Assembly: GCF_006345805.1 (NCBI RefSeq)
Contig: NC_043009.1
Coordinates: forward strand, 33,852,001-33,916,000
Source: Octopus sinensis
Taxonomy: Eukaryota
Length of the DNA: 64,000 nucleotides
Reading direction: 5' to 3'
The notes beneath the pieces were generated by a model. The model did not search any database. It was not told where the DNA came from and saw only the letters and a list, made by a program, of their open reading frames with translations. Shown in pieces: positions 24,598 to 34,201 of this stretch. A program made the position numbers and the translations under genes. Positions within the stretch are counted from its first letter, which is position 1; each line of letters opens with the position of its first letter.

Positions 24598-25981
24598 TAT
24601 GACGGGATTCTTTCAGTTTCCGTCTACCAAATCCACTCACAAGGCTTTGGTCGGCCCGAGGCTATAGTAGAAGACACTTGCCCAAGGTGCCATGCAGTGG
24701 GACTGAACCTGGAACCATGTGGTTGGTAAGCAAGCTACTTACCACACAGCCACTCTGTGTGTGTATTTGTCTCCCTACCTTGCTTAACAACTGATGTTGG
24801 TGTGTTTATGTCTCCATAACTTAGTGGTTTGGCAAAAGAGACCAGTAGAATAAGTACTAGGCTTACAAAGAATAAGTCCTGGAGTCGATTTTTTTTTAAT
24901 AAAGGCAGTGCTCCAGCATAGTCAAATAACTGAAACAAGTAAAGAAAAAAAGAATATTATAAGTACATACATACTATTTTACTCTCTTACTTGTTTTAGT
25001 CATTTGACTGCAGCCATGCTGGAGCACCACCTTTAGTCGAGCAAATCGACCCCAGGACTTATTCTTTGTAAGCCCAGTACTTATTCTATCGGTCTCTTTT
25101 GCCGAACCGCTAAGTGACAGGCACGTAAACACACCAGCATCGGTTGTCAAGCAATGCTAGGGGGACAAACACAGACACACAAACACACACACACACACAT
25201 ATATATATACATATATACGACAGGCTTCTTTCAGTTTCCGTCTACCAAATCCACTCACAAGGCATTGGTCGGCCCGGGGCTATAGTAGAAGACACTTGCC
25301 CAAGGTGCCACACAGTGGGACTGAACCCGGAACCATGTGGCCAGTAAGCAAGCTACTTACCACACAGCCACTCTGTGTGTGTATTTGTCTCCCTACCTTG
25401 CTTAACAACTGATGTTGGTGTGTTTATGTCTCCATAACTTAGTGGTTTGGCAAAAGAGACCAGTAGAATAAGTACTAGGCTTACAAAGAATAAGTCCTGG
25501 AGTCGATTTTTTTTTACTAAAGGCAGTGCTCCAGCATAGCTGCAGTCAAATGACTGAAACAAGTAAAGAAAAAAGAATATTATAGGTACATACATACATA
25601 CATACATACATACATACATACATGCATATATATATCATGTTATGCATATATATTGCATATATATAGAGATACTTCGCACTTCATCATAATCACAATTAAT
25701 ATCAGATTAAAAATGTACTGTCATCATTGCTGGAGTGAAGAGTCTTGCTAGAGTACAGTATTGTATCACTGTTGTGGATATTTAAAGTTCTCTTTTCGTA
25801 GATGCCCATTAACCGTTGATGGATTGAAGAATGAGCAAAATACAAACACAAGTGTTGGATAAAGAAAACGTTCAGATTAATGAAGAGAAGTACTGTTTAA
25901 TACTTACTTCATTTGTTTTTCTTGTTTTATTTTGGTATTTATTCTTTCTATTTCAAATTCACCAACAATAGCCATCGCCAT
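8912..25981 (-). CDS. CCDC169: Coiled-coil domain-containing protein 169, complete 7-exon model, 234 aa (239 aa if the ATG at 25996 is used)
   Basis: Exons 25963-25981, 21192-21317, 18300-18413, 16460-16506, 14505-14600, 11468-11667 and 8912-9014 join in frame (705 nt). Motifs match the CCDC169 family as I recall it: DEGNEWRTRFETQEEINKQL, ILEKEKNSLANQLRDLEWRLDQESKAYHKANDERKQY, LDPRKGPMKKT...LPSL. Exon 1 is inferred from phase, Kozak context and the X-box rather than from homology. Confidence 0.92.
9486..9867 (-). mobile_element. tRNA-head SINE, family A; decayed second copy at about 9920-10120
   Basis: Near identity to the other family-A copies. Confidence 0.93.
11146..11429 (-). mobile_element. 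tRNA-head SINE, family C
   Basis: Head gtgcaatggcccagtggttag...ggtttcgatttccagacc; homologous copy at 22583-22848. Confidence 0.9.
11468..11667 (-). CDS. CCDC169: CCDC169 exon 6
   Basis: aattacag|GCA TAT ... GAT GG|gtaagt; AYHKANDERKQYILEINITK... Confidence 0.94.
11900..12570 (+). mobile_element. Restriction-like-endonuclease (RLE) non-LTR retrotransposon, 3' fragment
   Basis: KCRQCKIKTEDINHII zinc-knuckle remnant; KICFVVEISCPLDSNEIRKIQEKE...PLIRGLQIQYPKYTFSFILIIIG. Confidence 0.8.
12860..14097 (+). mobile_element. RTE LINE 3' portion with tandem-repeat 3' UTR and (GAT)n tail
   Basis: [34 protein letters not shown]; tail gcatggaaagcagacattaaac(gat)n. Confidence 0.92.
14505..14600 (-). CDS. 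CCDC169: CCDC169 exon 5
   Basis: ctttgctag|ATT ACT ... TCA AAA|gtaagt; ITPQYVKILEKEKNSLANQLRDLEWRLDQESK. Confidence 0.94.
14591..15262. repeat. About 24-bp degenerate minisatellite (gaggagtaatctagcaaagataa), roughly 16 copies
   Basis: Recurrent (g/a)taat(c/t)tagca motif; the first copy straddles the exon 5 acceptor. Confidence 0.85.
14722..14915. mobile_element. Tc1/mariner-type MITE
   Basis: Perfect TIRs of about 55 bp (ctgttgtgtctggggagagtcattctc...) flanked by TA on both sides. Confidence 0.92.
15690..15890 (+). mobile_element. L1/Tx1-like LINE C-terminal zinc-knuckle fragment
   Basis: LAWQCYREVLPIRDKL...CPRCSQSDKTILHALVQCP; homologous to about 49100-49310. Confidence 0.85.
16460..16506 (-). 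CDS. CCDC169: CCDC169 exon 4 (47 nt)
   Basis: ttttctcag|CC ATG AAG ... ACA GAA|gtgggt; the only candidate I found that bridges phase 1 to phase 0. Confidence 0.8.
17130..17780 (+). mobile_element. AT-rich probable Penelope-like terminal remnant with a degenerate hammerhead (17640-17760)
   Basis: CTGATGA, GTTCT/AGAAC stem, palindromic ACATATATGT, GUA site. Confidence 0.5.
18040..18180 (-). mobile_element. SINE family B, partial
   Basis: gaaaggatgacaggcaaagtcaacctcagtggaattagaactcagaa. Confidence 0.8.
18300..18413 (-). CDS. CCDC169: CCDC169 exon 3
   Basis: gtttaag|GA AAT GAA TGG ... GAA G|gtactg; NEWRTRFETQEEINKQLQQQDLVLTKKVDEARSNLKE. Confidence 0.93.
18588..19489 (+). mobile_element. Mariner element, internally deleted and non-coding
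   Basis: TIRs ggtggtatcaaaaagttcctggacta / tagtccaggaaccttttgatatcacc; DNAPCH and HSPDLAPADFHLF motifs. Confidence 0.93.
20065..20340 (-). mobile_element. RTE 3' end, diverged
   Basis: (cat)n tail, atgggttggacagtttg, ctggatgc motifs. Confidence 0.75.
20480..20880 (+). mobile_element. Penelope-like terminal fragment: ORF start fused to a pLTR-like end with a minimal hammerhead variant
   Basis: LLFKKTRHSSHLSFLSRCLRHHVTPRGF is homologous to the N-terminus at 4600-4720; gtttccgacgaagagctccgctcgaaacattaaac. Confidence 0.75.
21192..21317 (-). CDS. CCDC169: CCDC169 exon 2
   Basis: pyrimidine tract + gtcaag|GA AAT ... GAA G|gtatgc; DRDMLDNSLQELITTVKELEQRSETIQDE; 5' boundary less certain than 3'. 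Confidence 0.82.
22583..22848 (-). mobile_element. tRNA-head SINE, family C
   Basis: Matches 11146-11429. Confidence 0.9.
22905..23100 (+). mobile_element. RTE 3' tail
   Basis: ggttggcattaggaagggcatccagc...catgccagcatggaaa...(gat)n. Confidence 0.88.
23135..23363 (+). mobile_element. SINE family B, full length
   Basis: ggcggcgagctggcagaaacgttagc...agtaaagaaata; same family as 36695-36927. Confidence 0.92.
23420..24240 (+). mobile_element. Naiad/Chlamys-type Penelope-like element, 3' GIY-YIG fragment
   Basis: CSCRDKSKCPLMNLCMSKNLVYKCTV...VYIGQTTDSFKNCYHNHVASF. Confidence 0.82.
24338..25575. mobile_element. Two tandem composite units, each a full family-A SINE (-) followed by a family-A 3' half (+)
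   Basis: 24338-24752 (-), 24753-24950 (+), 24975-25372 (-), 25373-25575 (+). Confidence 0.92.
25963..25981 (-). CDS. CCDC169: CCDC169 putative first coding exon (MAMAIV)
   Basis: aaacATGG context; ATG GCG ATG GCT ATT GTT G|gtgaat gives a phase-1 donor matching the phase-1 acceptor at 21317; in-frame upstream ATG at 25996. Confidence 0.65.
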
Positions 25982-25997
25982 GTTTGTTTTGTTCATA

Positions 25998-26010
25998 GTT
26001 GCTAGGTTAC
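25998..26010 (-). promoter_or_regulatory. RFX X-box at the CCDC169 start
   Basis: GTAACC-T-AGCAAC matches GTNRCC(N0-3)RGYAAC exactly; 2 bp upstream of the first in-frame ATG. Confidence 0.7.
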
Positions 26011-26139
26011 AATTAGCTGTTAAGCTCGGTTTGTCTACCTGTGAACTAAAATTACAGGATAGAATGTTTCAGGTATTCACTAATGTCAAGCAGTTAGTCT
26101 AGTGTAACGGAGAAGAATAAACAAATTCTATGATTTCTG

Positions 26140-26171
26140 TTGTTTGCTCTGTGTGTGTGTGGTGTATGTAC

Positions 26172-26243
<72 letters not shown>

Positions 26244-26398
26244 ATTCTCTGTATGTATATATATCCATATATATATATATGCACTCAGACACACATACAT
26301 ATGTATATCTATCTATCTATCTATCTATGTACCTACACGCACACACAGATATGTATTTGTATATATACATACACATACATATGTATGTGTATATATGT

Positions 26399-26470
<72 letters not shown>

Positions 26471-26590
26471 CATACACACACACATGTATATATATATATA
26501 TTATCATTTGACGTCTGTTGTCCATGCTGGTATGGGTTGGACATATATATATATGTGTGTATGTATGTATGTATGTATGTATGTATATAG
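26140..26590. repeat. Compound (AT)n/(GT)n/(ATCT)n/(ATGT)n microsatellite
   Basis: Direct reading. Confidence 0.97.
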
Positions 26591-26869
26591 ATATGTAAAA
26601 TCTTTGTCATGTTTTTATTCATTTGCTTCGCTTTCAACCTGTGCCAGCAAAGTGAAAAAAAAATGTGGTTTTAGAGTCATTTGATATCTATTTCTAGCGT
26701 GTAGGTGCTGTTTCTCAGTACCCATAAATATACTTATATCTATATGATTATATATCTACAGTTTTTATTACATGCTGGCCATTGCTAAGATCGTTATTTT
26801 TAAAATGATTATATTCTTAATTGGGTATACACATATATATTATATATGTACACACACACATATATATAG

Positions 26870-27028
26870 GTGCAGGAGTGGCTGCGTGAAAAGAAGTTTG
26901 CTTCCCAAACACATGGTTCTGGGTTCTGTCCCGCAGTGACACCTTGGGCAAGTGCCTTCTTCTATAGCTCAGACCAGCCAGAGCCTTGTGATTGGATTTG
27001 GTAGACAGAAACTGAAAGAAGCCTGTCG
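26870..27028 (+). mobile_element. SINE family A, 5' half
   Basis: gcaggagtggctgcgtg...gaaactgaaagaagcc. Confidence 0.85.
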
Positions 27029-27029
27029 T

Positions 27030-27700
27030 CATTATTATCATCATCATCGTTTAATGTCCATTTTCCATACTGGCATGGGTTGGATGGTTCGAATGCACCA
27101 GGCTCCAGTCTGATCTGGCAGTGTTTCTACAGCTGGATGCCCTTCCTAACACCAACCACTCTGAGAGTGTAGTGGGTGCTTTTTTTACATGCCACCAGAT
27201 GGTGCTTTTTACATGCCATCAGCACGGGAGCCAGTCAAGGTGGCACTGGCATCGGCCACATTCGGATGGTACTCTTTATGTGCCACCGGCTCGGGGACCA
27301 CTACTACAATTTCCATTTGATTGTGATTTGATTTAATTTGATTTTGATGTACTTGACTCAATGGACCTCCTCAAGCACAGCATGTCACCCTACAATCCAA
27401 GGTACATTTTAAGTGGGCTGGTTATGCGATACTGGTGTAGGTTACAGCTGCAAACTCACTTGATTTGTTGGGTCTTCTCAATCACAGCATATCTCCAGAG
27501 GTCTCGGTCTCTTGTCATTGCCTCTGTGAGGCCCAACGTTCAAAGGTCATGCTTCACCACCTCATCCCATGTCTTCCTGAGTCTCCTTCAACCCCAGATT
27601 CCTTCCACTATTTGGGAGTGGCACTTCACACAGCTCTCCTCATCCATCCATAGTACATGGCCATACCAATGCAAACGTCTCTCTTGCACGTCACATCCAA
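27030..27700 (-). mobile_element. RTE LINE 3' end
   Basis: CDVQERRLHWYGHVLWMDEESCVKC; (cat)n tail at 27030-27048. Confidence 0.9.
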
Positions 27701-27704
27701 TATT

Positions 27705-29075
27705 ACTAATATTATTTATCAACGATTTTTTAATTGATGGTGGGTGATTGCTATTAGCATTTATATATCTAAGGTTTTCATTAAATTTATGATATGGTTG
27801 TGTTTTACCCGTTATTAGATTAAAATTAACATCTAAATAATTGACATTATAGTTCTCATTATATATAGTAATACTTAAACCATATCTTTTAAAGAAACTA
27901 TAAAGTTTCTTCTTATATAATTCTAGTTTCCTATTAGTGCAATTCTTAGTAATAAATAAAAGGTCATCCCTATATAAACCACTCTCTAATTTTAAATTTT
28001 CTAATTGAAGTTCAGATAATAGATAAATACCTACCAAATTCATAGCTTGTGCAGAATTGGGTGCCCCCATAGGTATATCAAAACAGTTCCTAGTATCTTT
28101 CCTAGCCATAATTTATTATTGTATCTAATAAATGATTTCCTAGCCATTTTAATTACATTAACCTCATCAAAATTTCATTCCTACCTTATTCATTGCGTAT
28201 ATTAGGGTCTTATTAAACACAATTTCATTGATAGAAGAGTAATAATTATCTATATCTATTTGAATAAATTTATATCGATTTTTTCTTTAATATTATTAAA
28301 CCAATTTAGAGTATTATTATTACTAATCCATAAGTTTAGGTAGTTTAATTTATTTAATTTATCAATATATTTATCCAAAATAAGTTTACTCAATTTACCA
28401 AGGTCTGATTTATATGGACAAATTAATCTAACTTTAGGGGCTGAATAAAAATTATCTTTATGGTCTTTCAAAGTAATTCTAGGGTGCATAGGTACATAAG
28501 GTTCAGTTTTATTATCCAACTTATAGTTTATCATGACTAATTTAGAGGCCTTGTTTATAGTATAAAGTGTATTATCTGGAACAATTTTATATTTTTTAAT
28601 TATCTCTTTTTCTAAAAGGTTATCATATAATTTAACATTCAGTTTATATAGATTCCTAGTTTTATCTGATTGTACAATAATACCATCCATATTTCTCATT
28701 TCTTTAATTCTAATAGCTAAATTTCTTAAATATTCATTGTCTGTTTAGGTATTTATGAAATTTAATATTTTTCACCACCTTCCAAATATTATCTTCTAAG
28801 ATCTGTAAATCTCTGTTATATGGGGGTTCTTTCTTAGATTTAAAATTTGAATTAAAATCATTAGTATTCATAATATCGTTAAAATTAGATATATTATAGT
28901 TATAATAGTAGGCTTTCCATTTAACCCTCGAACCAAAATCCTTAATATTATTAATAAGTTTCAAAATATATTCTTTCCTAGAGGGTATTGGAATATCCTT
29001 CAAAGATGAATTCCAAAATAGCTGTTCCATCTTACCTGTAAGTTCCATAACATATGAAACTGAGATTAAATACAC
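27705..29075 (-). mobile_element. Naiad/Chlamys-type Penelope-like RT, truncated by the RTE
   Basis: SLKDIPIPS, ITLKDHKDNF...VRLICPYKSDLGKLSK, FIQIDIDNYYSSI, FDIPMG, GLYRDD, NYLDV, YINANSNHPPSI; few frameshifts. Confidence 0.92.
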
Positions 29076-29386
29076 TCAATAAACATAAGCTATCAATATA
29101 ATTATAATAATAATAATATCAGGGAGTATAGCTCCAAACTTACAGGGAAAAATTTGATTTAGTATTAAATCAAATTTCACAGTATAAATATAAAAAATAT
29201 GAATTAGAGATAAAACCACTATTATGCAACTCAAACAGTGATAGACATAAACCAATACATAAAAAACAAATAATATAAATATAATTAATATAATATATAA
29301 TATATATAATTTTTTAAACTTTATTTTATTTTTTCAAAAAGTATAAAAAGAATGATAAATATAATATAAGTAAAAGCACTATGTTC

Positions 29387-29424
<38 letters not shown>

Positions 29425-29489
29425 TGTTTCGAATTTGTGTGAATGTGTATAGAATAGTATATCAGTTGAATAAAATTAAAACATGATCT

Positions 29490-30990
29490 GGTTTCCACGT
29501 TCTTTATTATGGTATTTTAACATTAAAAAAAAATATTTTGTAATGTCCATAAAGTTAAATTAGTGCTTTCATACATAGTGTAATCCTCATAGTGTGTTTA
29601 ACTGACAATTGACTTCTTGACAACTTTAGTACCTCTTAGAATGATCCAACAAACTGAATTTTTAGAATACCTTTTTGACCACTCTGCATGCATCTTAAAC
29701 ATCAAGGTTTGCTAGGTGTACCAATATTCTGTAACTTGTTTATATTTATATGCTAGAGATATATTTTAATCCACGTCATTAACTGGTTGTTATATTATTG
29801 CTGTTATTTCCATTCAGAACAGGCTTGAATGTTTTAATAAACCGCTTTTCTTTTATCTTTCTTCCAACCTCACTTGCATCACGTAGTTTGTAGAAAGAAA
29901 AAATTAGAAACATTTTCTGACCACATGTCTCTATATTCTTTCAATGGAATTTGCTGAACATTGGTGTTTGGGATTTGTTGCCTGTGGACTTGTGAGTGTT
30001 CTGATAATGCATCCCTCACAATTCTGGTCTGGTTTTCTAGTTTTTTATTATGGTATTATAACATTAAAAAAATATATATTTTGTAATGCTCATAAAGTTG
30101 AATTAGTGCTTTCCTAAATAGTGTAATTATCAGATCTCAAATGTGATTAACTGACAGTTGACTTCTTGACAACTTTAGTACCACTTAGAATGCTCCAACG
30201 AGCTGAATTTTTAGAATACCTTTTTGACCAAACTGCATGCAGCTTAAACATCATGGTTTACCAGGCGTACCAATATTCTGTAACTTGAACATGTTAATAA
30301 ACTGTTCTTCTTTTATCTTTCTTCTAACCTGACTTGTGTCATGTAGTTTGTGGAAAGGAAATATTAAAAACATTTTCTGACCACATGTCTCTATATTCGC
30401 TCAATGGAATTTGGTGAACATTGGTGTTCAGGATTTGTTGTCTGTAGACTCATGAATGTTCCAATAATGCATTCCCTGTCTCACCTACATATAATTCCTT
30501 GCAATTTGGGCAGATAATGCAGTAGATCAAATTGCTGCTTTTGCAGTTCATATCTGCATTTACGAAAATCTATCCATTTTTTGTTCTAATGGATCTACCA
30601 GTATACATGTATTGACACATTCCACATCTGTTATCATTACACTTGGTTACTGTAAATGTTTTATCCTGTTTGTTCATGTTGAATTTTGCCTTTGTTAATA
30701 GTTTCTTTAAGTTATGTGGTTGCCTTTTGCTTAAGATAGATGTTTGATTAGTTATTGGGTTTTTAAAATTTTTCACTTTGTTTTATGATTGGCAAATTTG
30801 TTTTGATGATGTTAAAAATGTTTTGGTGATGCAGATTGTGTGTTACTAGAAATGGTATTGTGTTCCTTTGATGGGTTCATCTTTTTCATGCTACTCTAAG
30901 TTGTTCTTTTGCTCATTGTATGCTATTTTCTATGAGTAGGAGAGGGTAATTTTGCTTGAGCAGAAATCCTTTGAGTTCTCTACATCGTGT
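29490..30990 (-). mobile_element. Penelope-like GIY-YIG 3' end, partially tandem-duplicated
   Basis: KRQPHNLKKLLTKAKF, CKSSNLIYCIICPNCKELYVGETG; 29490-29990 repeats 30040-30450. Confidence 0.88.
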
Positions 30991-31082
30991 GTTTCTGGTA
31001 TTTGGGTCATGGACCACAGTACAAATTTCCCTGGCTAGACAGCATGGGATGTTGCATTTTGTGTGTTGGGTAGCATGATAGG

Positions 31083-31245
31083 GGCAGGAGTGGCTGTGTG
31101 GTAAGTAGCTTGTTTACCAACCACATGGTTCCGGGTTCAGTCCCACTGCATGGCACCTTGGGCAAGTGTCTTCTACTATAGCCTCAGGCCAACCAAAGCC
31201 TTGTGAGTGGATTTGGTAGACGGAAACTGAAAGAAGCCCGTCGTA

Positions 31246-31278
<33 letters not shown>

Positions 31279-31502
31279 GCATGTATGTGTTTGTGTGTCT
31301 GTGTTTGTCCCCCTAGCATTGCTTGACAACCAATGCTGGTGTGTTTATGTCCCCATTACTTAGCGGTTCGGCAAAAGAGACTGATAGAATAAGTACTGGG
31401 CTTACAAAAGAATAAGTCCCGGGGTCGAGTTGCTCGATTAAAGGCGGTGCTCCAGCATGGCCGCAGTCAAATGACTGAAGCAAGTAAAGGAGTAAAAGAG
31501 TA
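31083..31502 (+). mobile_element. SINE family A, full length
   Basis: Complete head, internal microsatellite and (gtaaaaga) tail. Confidence 0.95.
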
Positions 31503-31797
31503 TTTGAAATTTAGGTACTGGGGTGTATCTGTGCTTTTGTAATAAATATCAGTTGTGATTTGTAGTGTGGTTTTTAATTACCATTATGCCAAGAAATAGT
31601 AATTGTGTGTTGCTCATAAGAGCTGTGGGTAGCAATTTTGAATAATAGTATTGTCTACAAAGAAAAAGAGTTAAGAGTAAACGCAAGTATGTACATAGAA
31701 ACTCATTAAAAATTCATTTATAGTCGACTTATAAGAAACCCATTTAAAATACGACATTTCATGTGAAACAACCTAATATATATATATATATATATTA

Positions 31798-32049
31798 TAA
31801 ACAGAAAATGGAGAAATATTGATCAACAACAATTCACTAACATTGATTATTACTTTTTAATAGAAAGACATTATCCCATCTAACAGCTGTTTCTGCTTCC
31901 AATGTTCCATTGAAAATTCTGAGAATAATATTTGTCATATCTGTAATACATTTGATCTGGAACATGGGGCTTCATCAGAGTGAAGGAAAAATCATCATCA
32001 TCATCATCATCATCACCATCATCATCATCACCATCACCATCACCATCAC

Positions 32050-32081
<32 letters not shown>

Positions 32082-32319
32082 GAAGGGCTTCTTCTCTTCT
32101 TTTCATTTATGAATTTTTCTTCACTCTGATGAAGCTCTATGTTCCAGATTTGGCTGTGTTACAAAATATGACAAATATTATTCTCAGAATTTTCAATGGC
32201 AACACCTTGGAACAGTGGAAGCAGAAACGGCTGTTAGATGGGATAAAGTCTTTGGATTAAAAAGTAATAATCGATGTTAGTCAATTGTTGTTGATCAATA
32301 ACTCTCCATTTTCTGTTTA
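31798..32319. repeat. Fold-back element with arms of about 190-200 bp around an (ATC)n loop
   Basis: taaacagaaaatggag...cttcatcagagtgaag pairs with cttcactctgatgaag...ctccattttctgttta. Confidence 0.9.
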
Positions 32320-34086
32320 GTTTAAATTTGATTTCTGATAAACTCATGTTTATCTTTGTCATTACTTGTAATCTATGAGCATAATCTACTTGCATATGAA
32401 TGCTCAGGGTTAACACAGTTAATTATACTAGTTGCAAAATGGATATTTTTATTCCTTAGACCATTATTCCTACCTCTAAATCTACTAATATATTTTTATC
32501 TCTTAGACGGTTATTCCACCTCTAACTCTACTATGTGTATGTATGTATGTATTTACACATACATACACACAACTGGATTCTTATAGTTTTTGCCTACTTA
32601 ATCCACTCACAAGGCTTTAATTGGTTGAGGCTATAGTATAAGACACTTGCCCAGGGTTCCATTCAAATGGAAATTAACCTAAAGTATATGTATGTCTGTC
32701 TGTGTGTATGCATTTTTTTGGAGTTCACCATGTCTTTACATGCTTGGTCTTGTGTAAACAAGACAACTACCTCACTATCAAATACAATTCAAGAATATTT
32801 TGACAAAGTCTTTCAGAACAAAAGAAACTTGTAACTATGTCCTGGGTGTTGCATTGTTCAATTAACTAGGGGCTTATTACCTTGTTTAGTTAAGTTTGAC
32901 ACCAGGAAGGGCATCTAGCAGTAGAACATCTGTAGCAACAAATTCTCACTGATTAATGCAAGCATGGGAAAATGAATGATAAAACAATGATGATGCCAAT
33001 GACGATGCTGATGCCAACAACTATGATGATGACATCATTGTTCTCTCTCTCATTTTGGCATGAATTTTAGGTAACTTATTAAACAAGAAGTTAAAAAACA
33101 AAACAATGAAATAAAGTAGTAGAAAAGTTTCATTTGCAGAAGTGGACAATTTTTTCTATTAATTCTTCACCTGTAAGTGAGTTACTCAGAAATGCATTGT
33201 TTTGTAATATTTGTATAATATTTACTGGTTTGTGTATTTTGAGGTTGTTGTTATTTTATGATTCTCTTTCATAGAAGCTATTTTTAACTTTGAATAACTC
33301 TTGTATTGTGTCTAAAGTATATCTGAAATTTGTCTTTTCAGTAGAACCTCAAGTTTTCCTTAAATAATTACCAAATATGCCTTTAGTTCAGCCTAATTTT
33401 TTTTCCACTGAATATTTTTCAAATTAACCCTTTCTGCTTAATATTTGCCTGGTGTACTCCAGACACTTTACTTGACTTGATGCTTACATGAACATTATAT
33501 AATATATTCTTTGTCTTTGCCAATTTCAGAAGTTTGTTTTAAATTCTCTTGGTGTCTGGCTTGAGTAGTGATGTTTTGTCATAAACAGTCTTCATATTCC
33601 AACTGAGTCCTTGATAAATGTTTCACCTTGAATATTCCTGATGTGACAAGATGGATCAAAAGGAAGGGAAAAAAAAAACCCTTTCATTTTTCTGTGAACA
33701 TGTTAAATTTGCTGGTGACATTTATACATTTTGTAAAAACAAATTTGGGGTTTGGGGGAAAAAAAAATTAAGATCATTTGTTTCTTAATTTGTTGAATAT
33801 TTTATTATTAAACATTTAACAGATACCCTTGAAAAAAGGAAGTAATTTTATGTGTTAAATAATCAACACATATTATTTAAAAAAGTTTGGCAAAAATCAT
33901 TTATCTCAAGATTTCGTTGCCTTTGAAATCTGATATTTCACCAAAATGTTTAGAAATAATTATATATATATATATATGTAATATCTTTTAAAATCTGTCA
34001 TTGCTCTTTTGTTTTACATTTACAATCTGATAAGCTGCTTGTGTATAGGTTTATGTGTTTGTGAATGTGTATATATTGGATGAAAT

Positions 34087-34201
34087 TCAGAGTTTTGTCT
34101 CTGGGCCAGAAGCAACTTGCTGAAAACTCGTTCTTAATCGGTCCATGAAATTAGCATTGATTTTACCATAACTTAAATTGTACCATTTGACTGACCGGCC
34201 C
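34087..34201 (-). CDS. STARD13: STARD13 terminal coding exon
   Basis: tttttacag|G GGC CGG ... AAA CTC TGA; [37 protein letters not shown]. Confidence 0.95.

Noticed and set aside
26094-26684. Cluster of YI/CV-rich ORFs (also 35520-36160 and 12617-12867)
   Set aside because: Translations of microsatellites.
28164-28169. TGA TGA in the Naiad-type RT, suggesting selenocysteine recoding
   Set aside because: The RT continues in another frame (DEVNVIK); a 1-nt insertion in a T run explains it, and other frameshifts are present.
29660-30270. Possible hammerheads in the duplicated Penelope termini
   Set aside because: Cores read CTAGCAA/CTGGTAA and CAAAA; too decayed to support.
31083-31160. tRNA-like sequence at SINE heads (families A and C)
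   Set aside because: A/B boxes only; no complete cloverleaf, and each continues into a SINE body.
31910-32260. 116-aa ORF with a poly-Ile tract
   Set aside because: Translation of the (ATC)n loop and arms of the inverted repeat.
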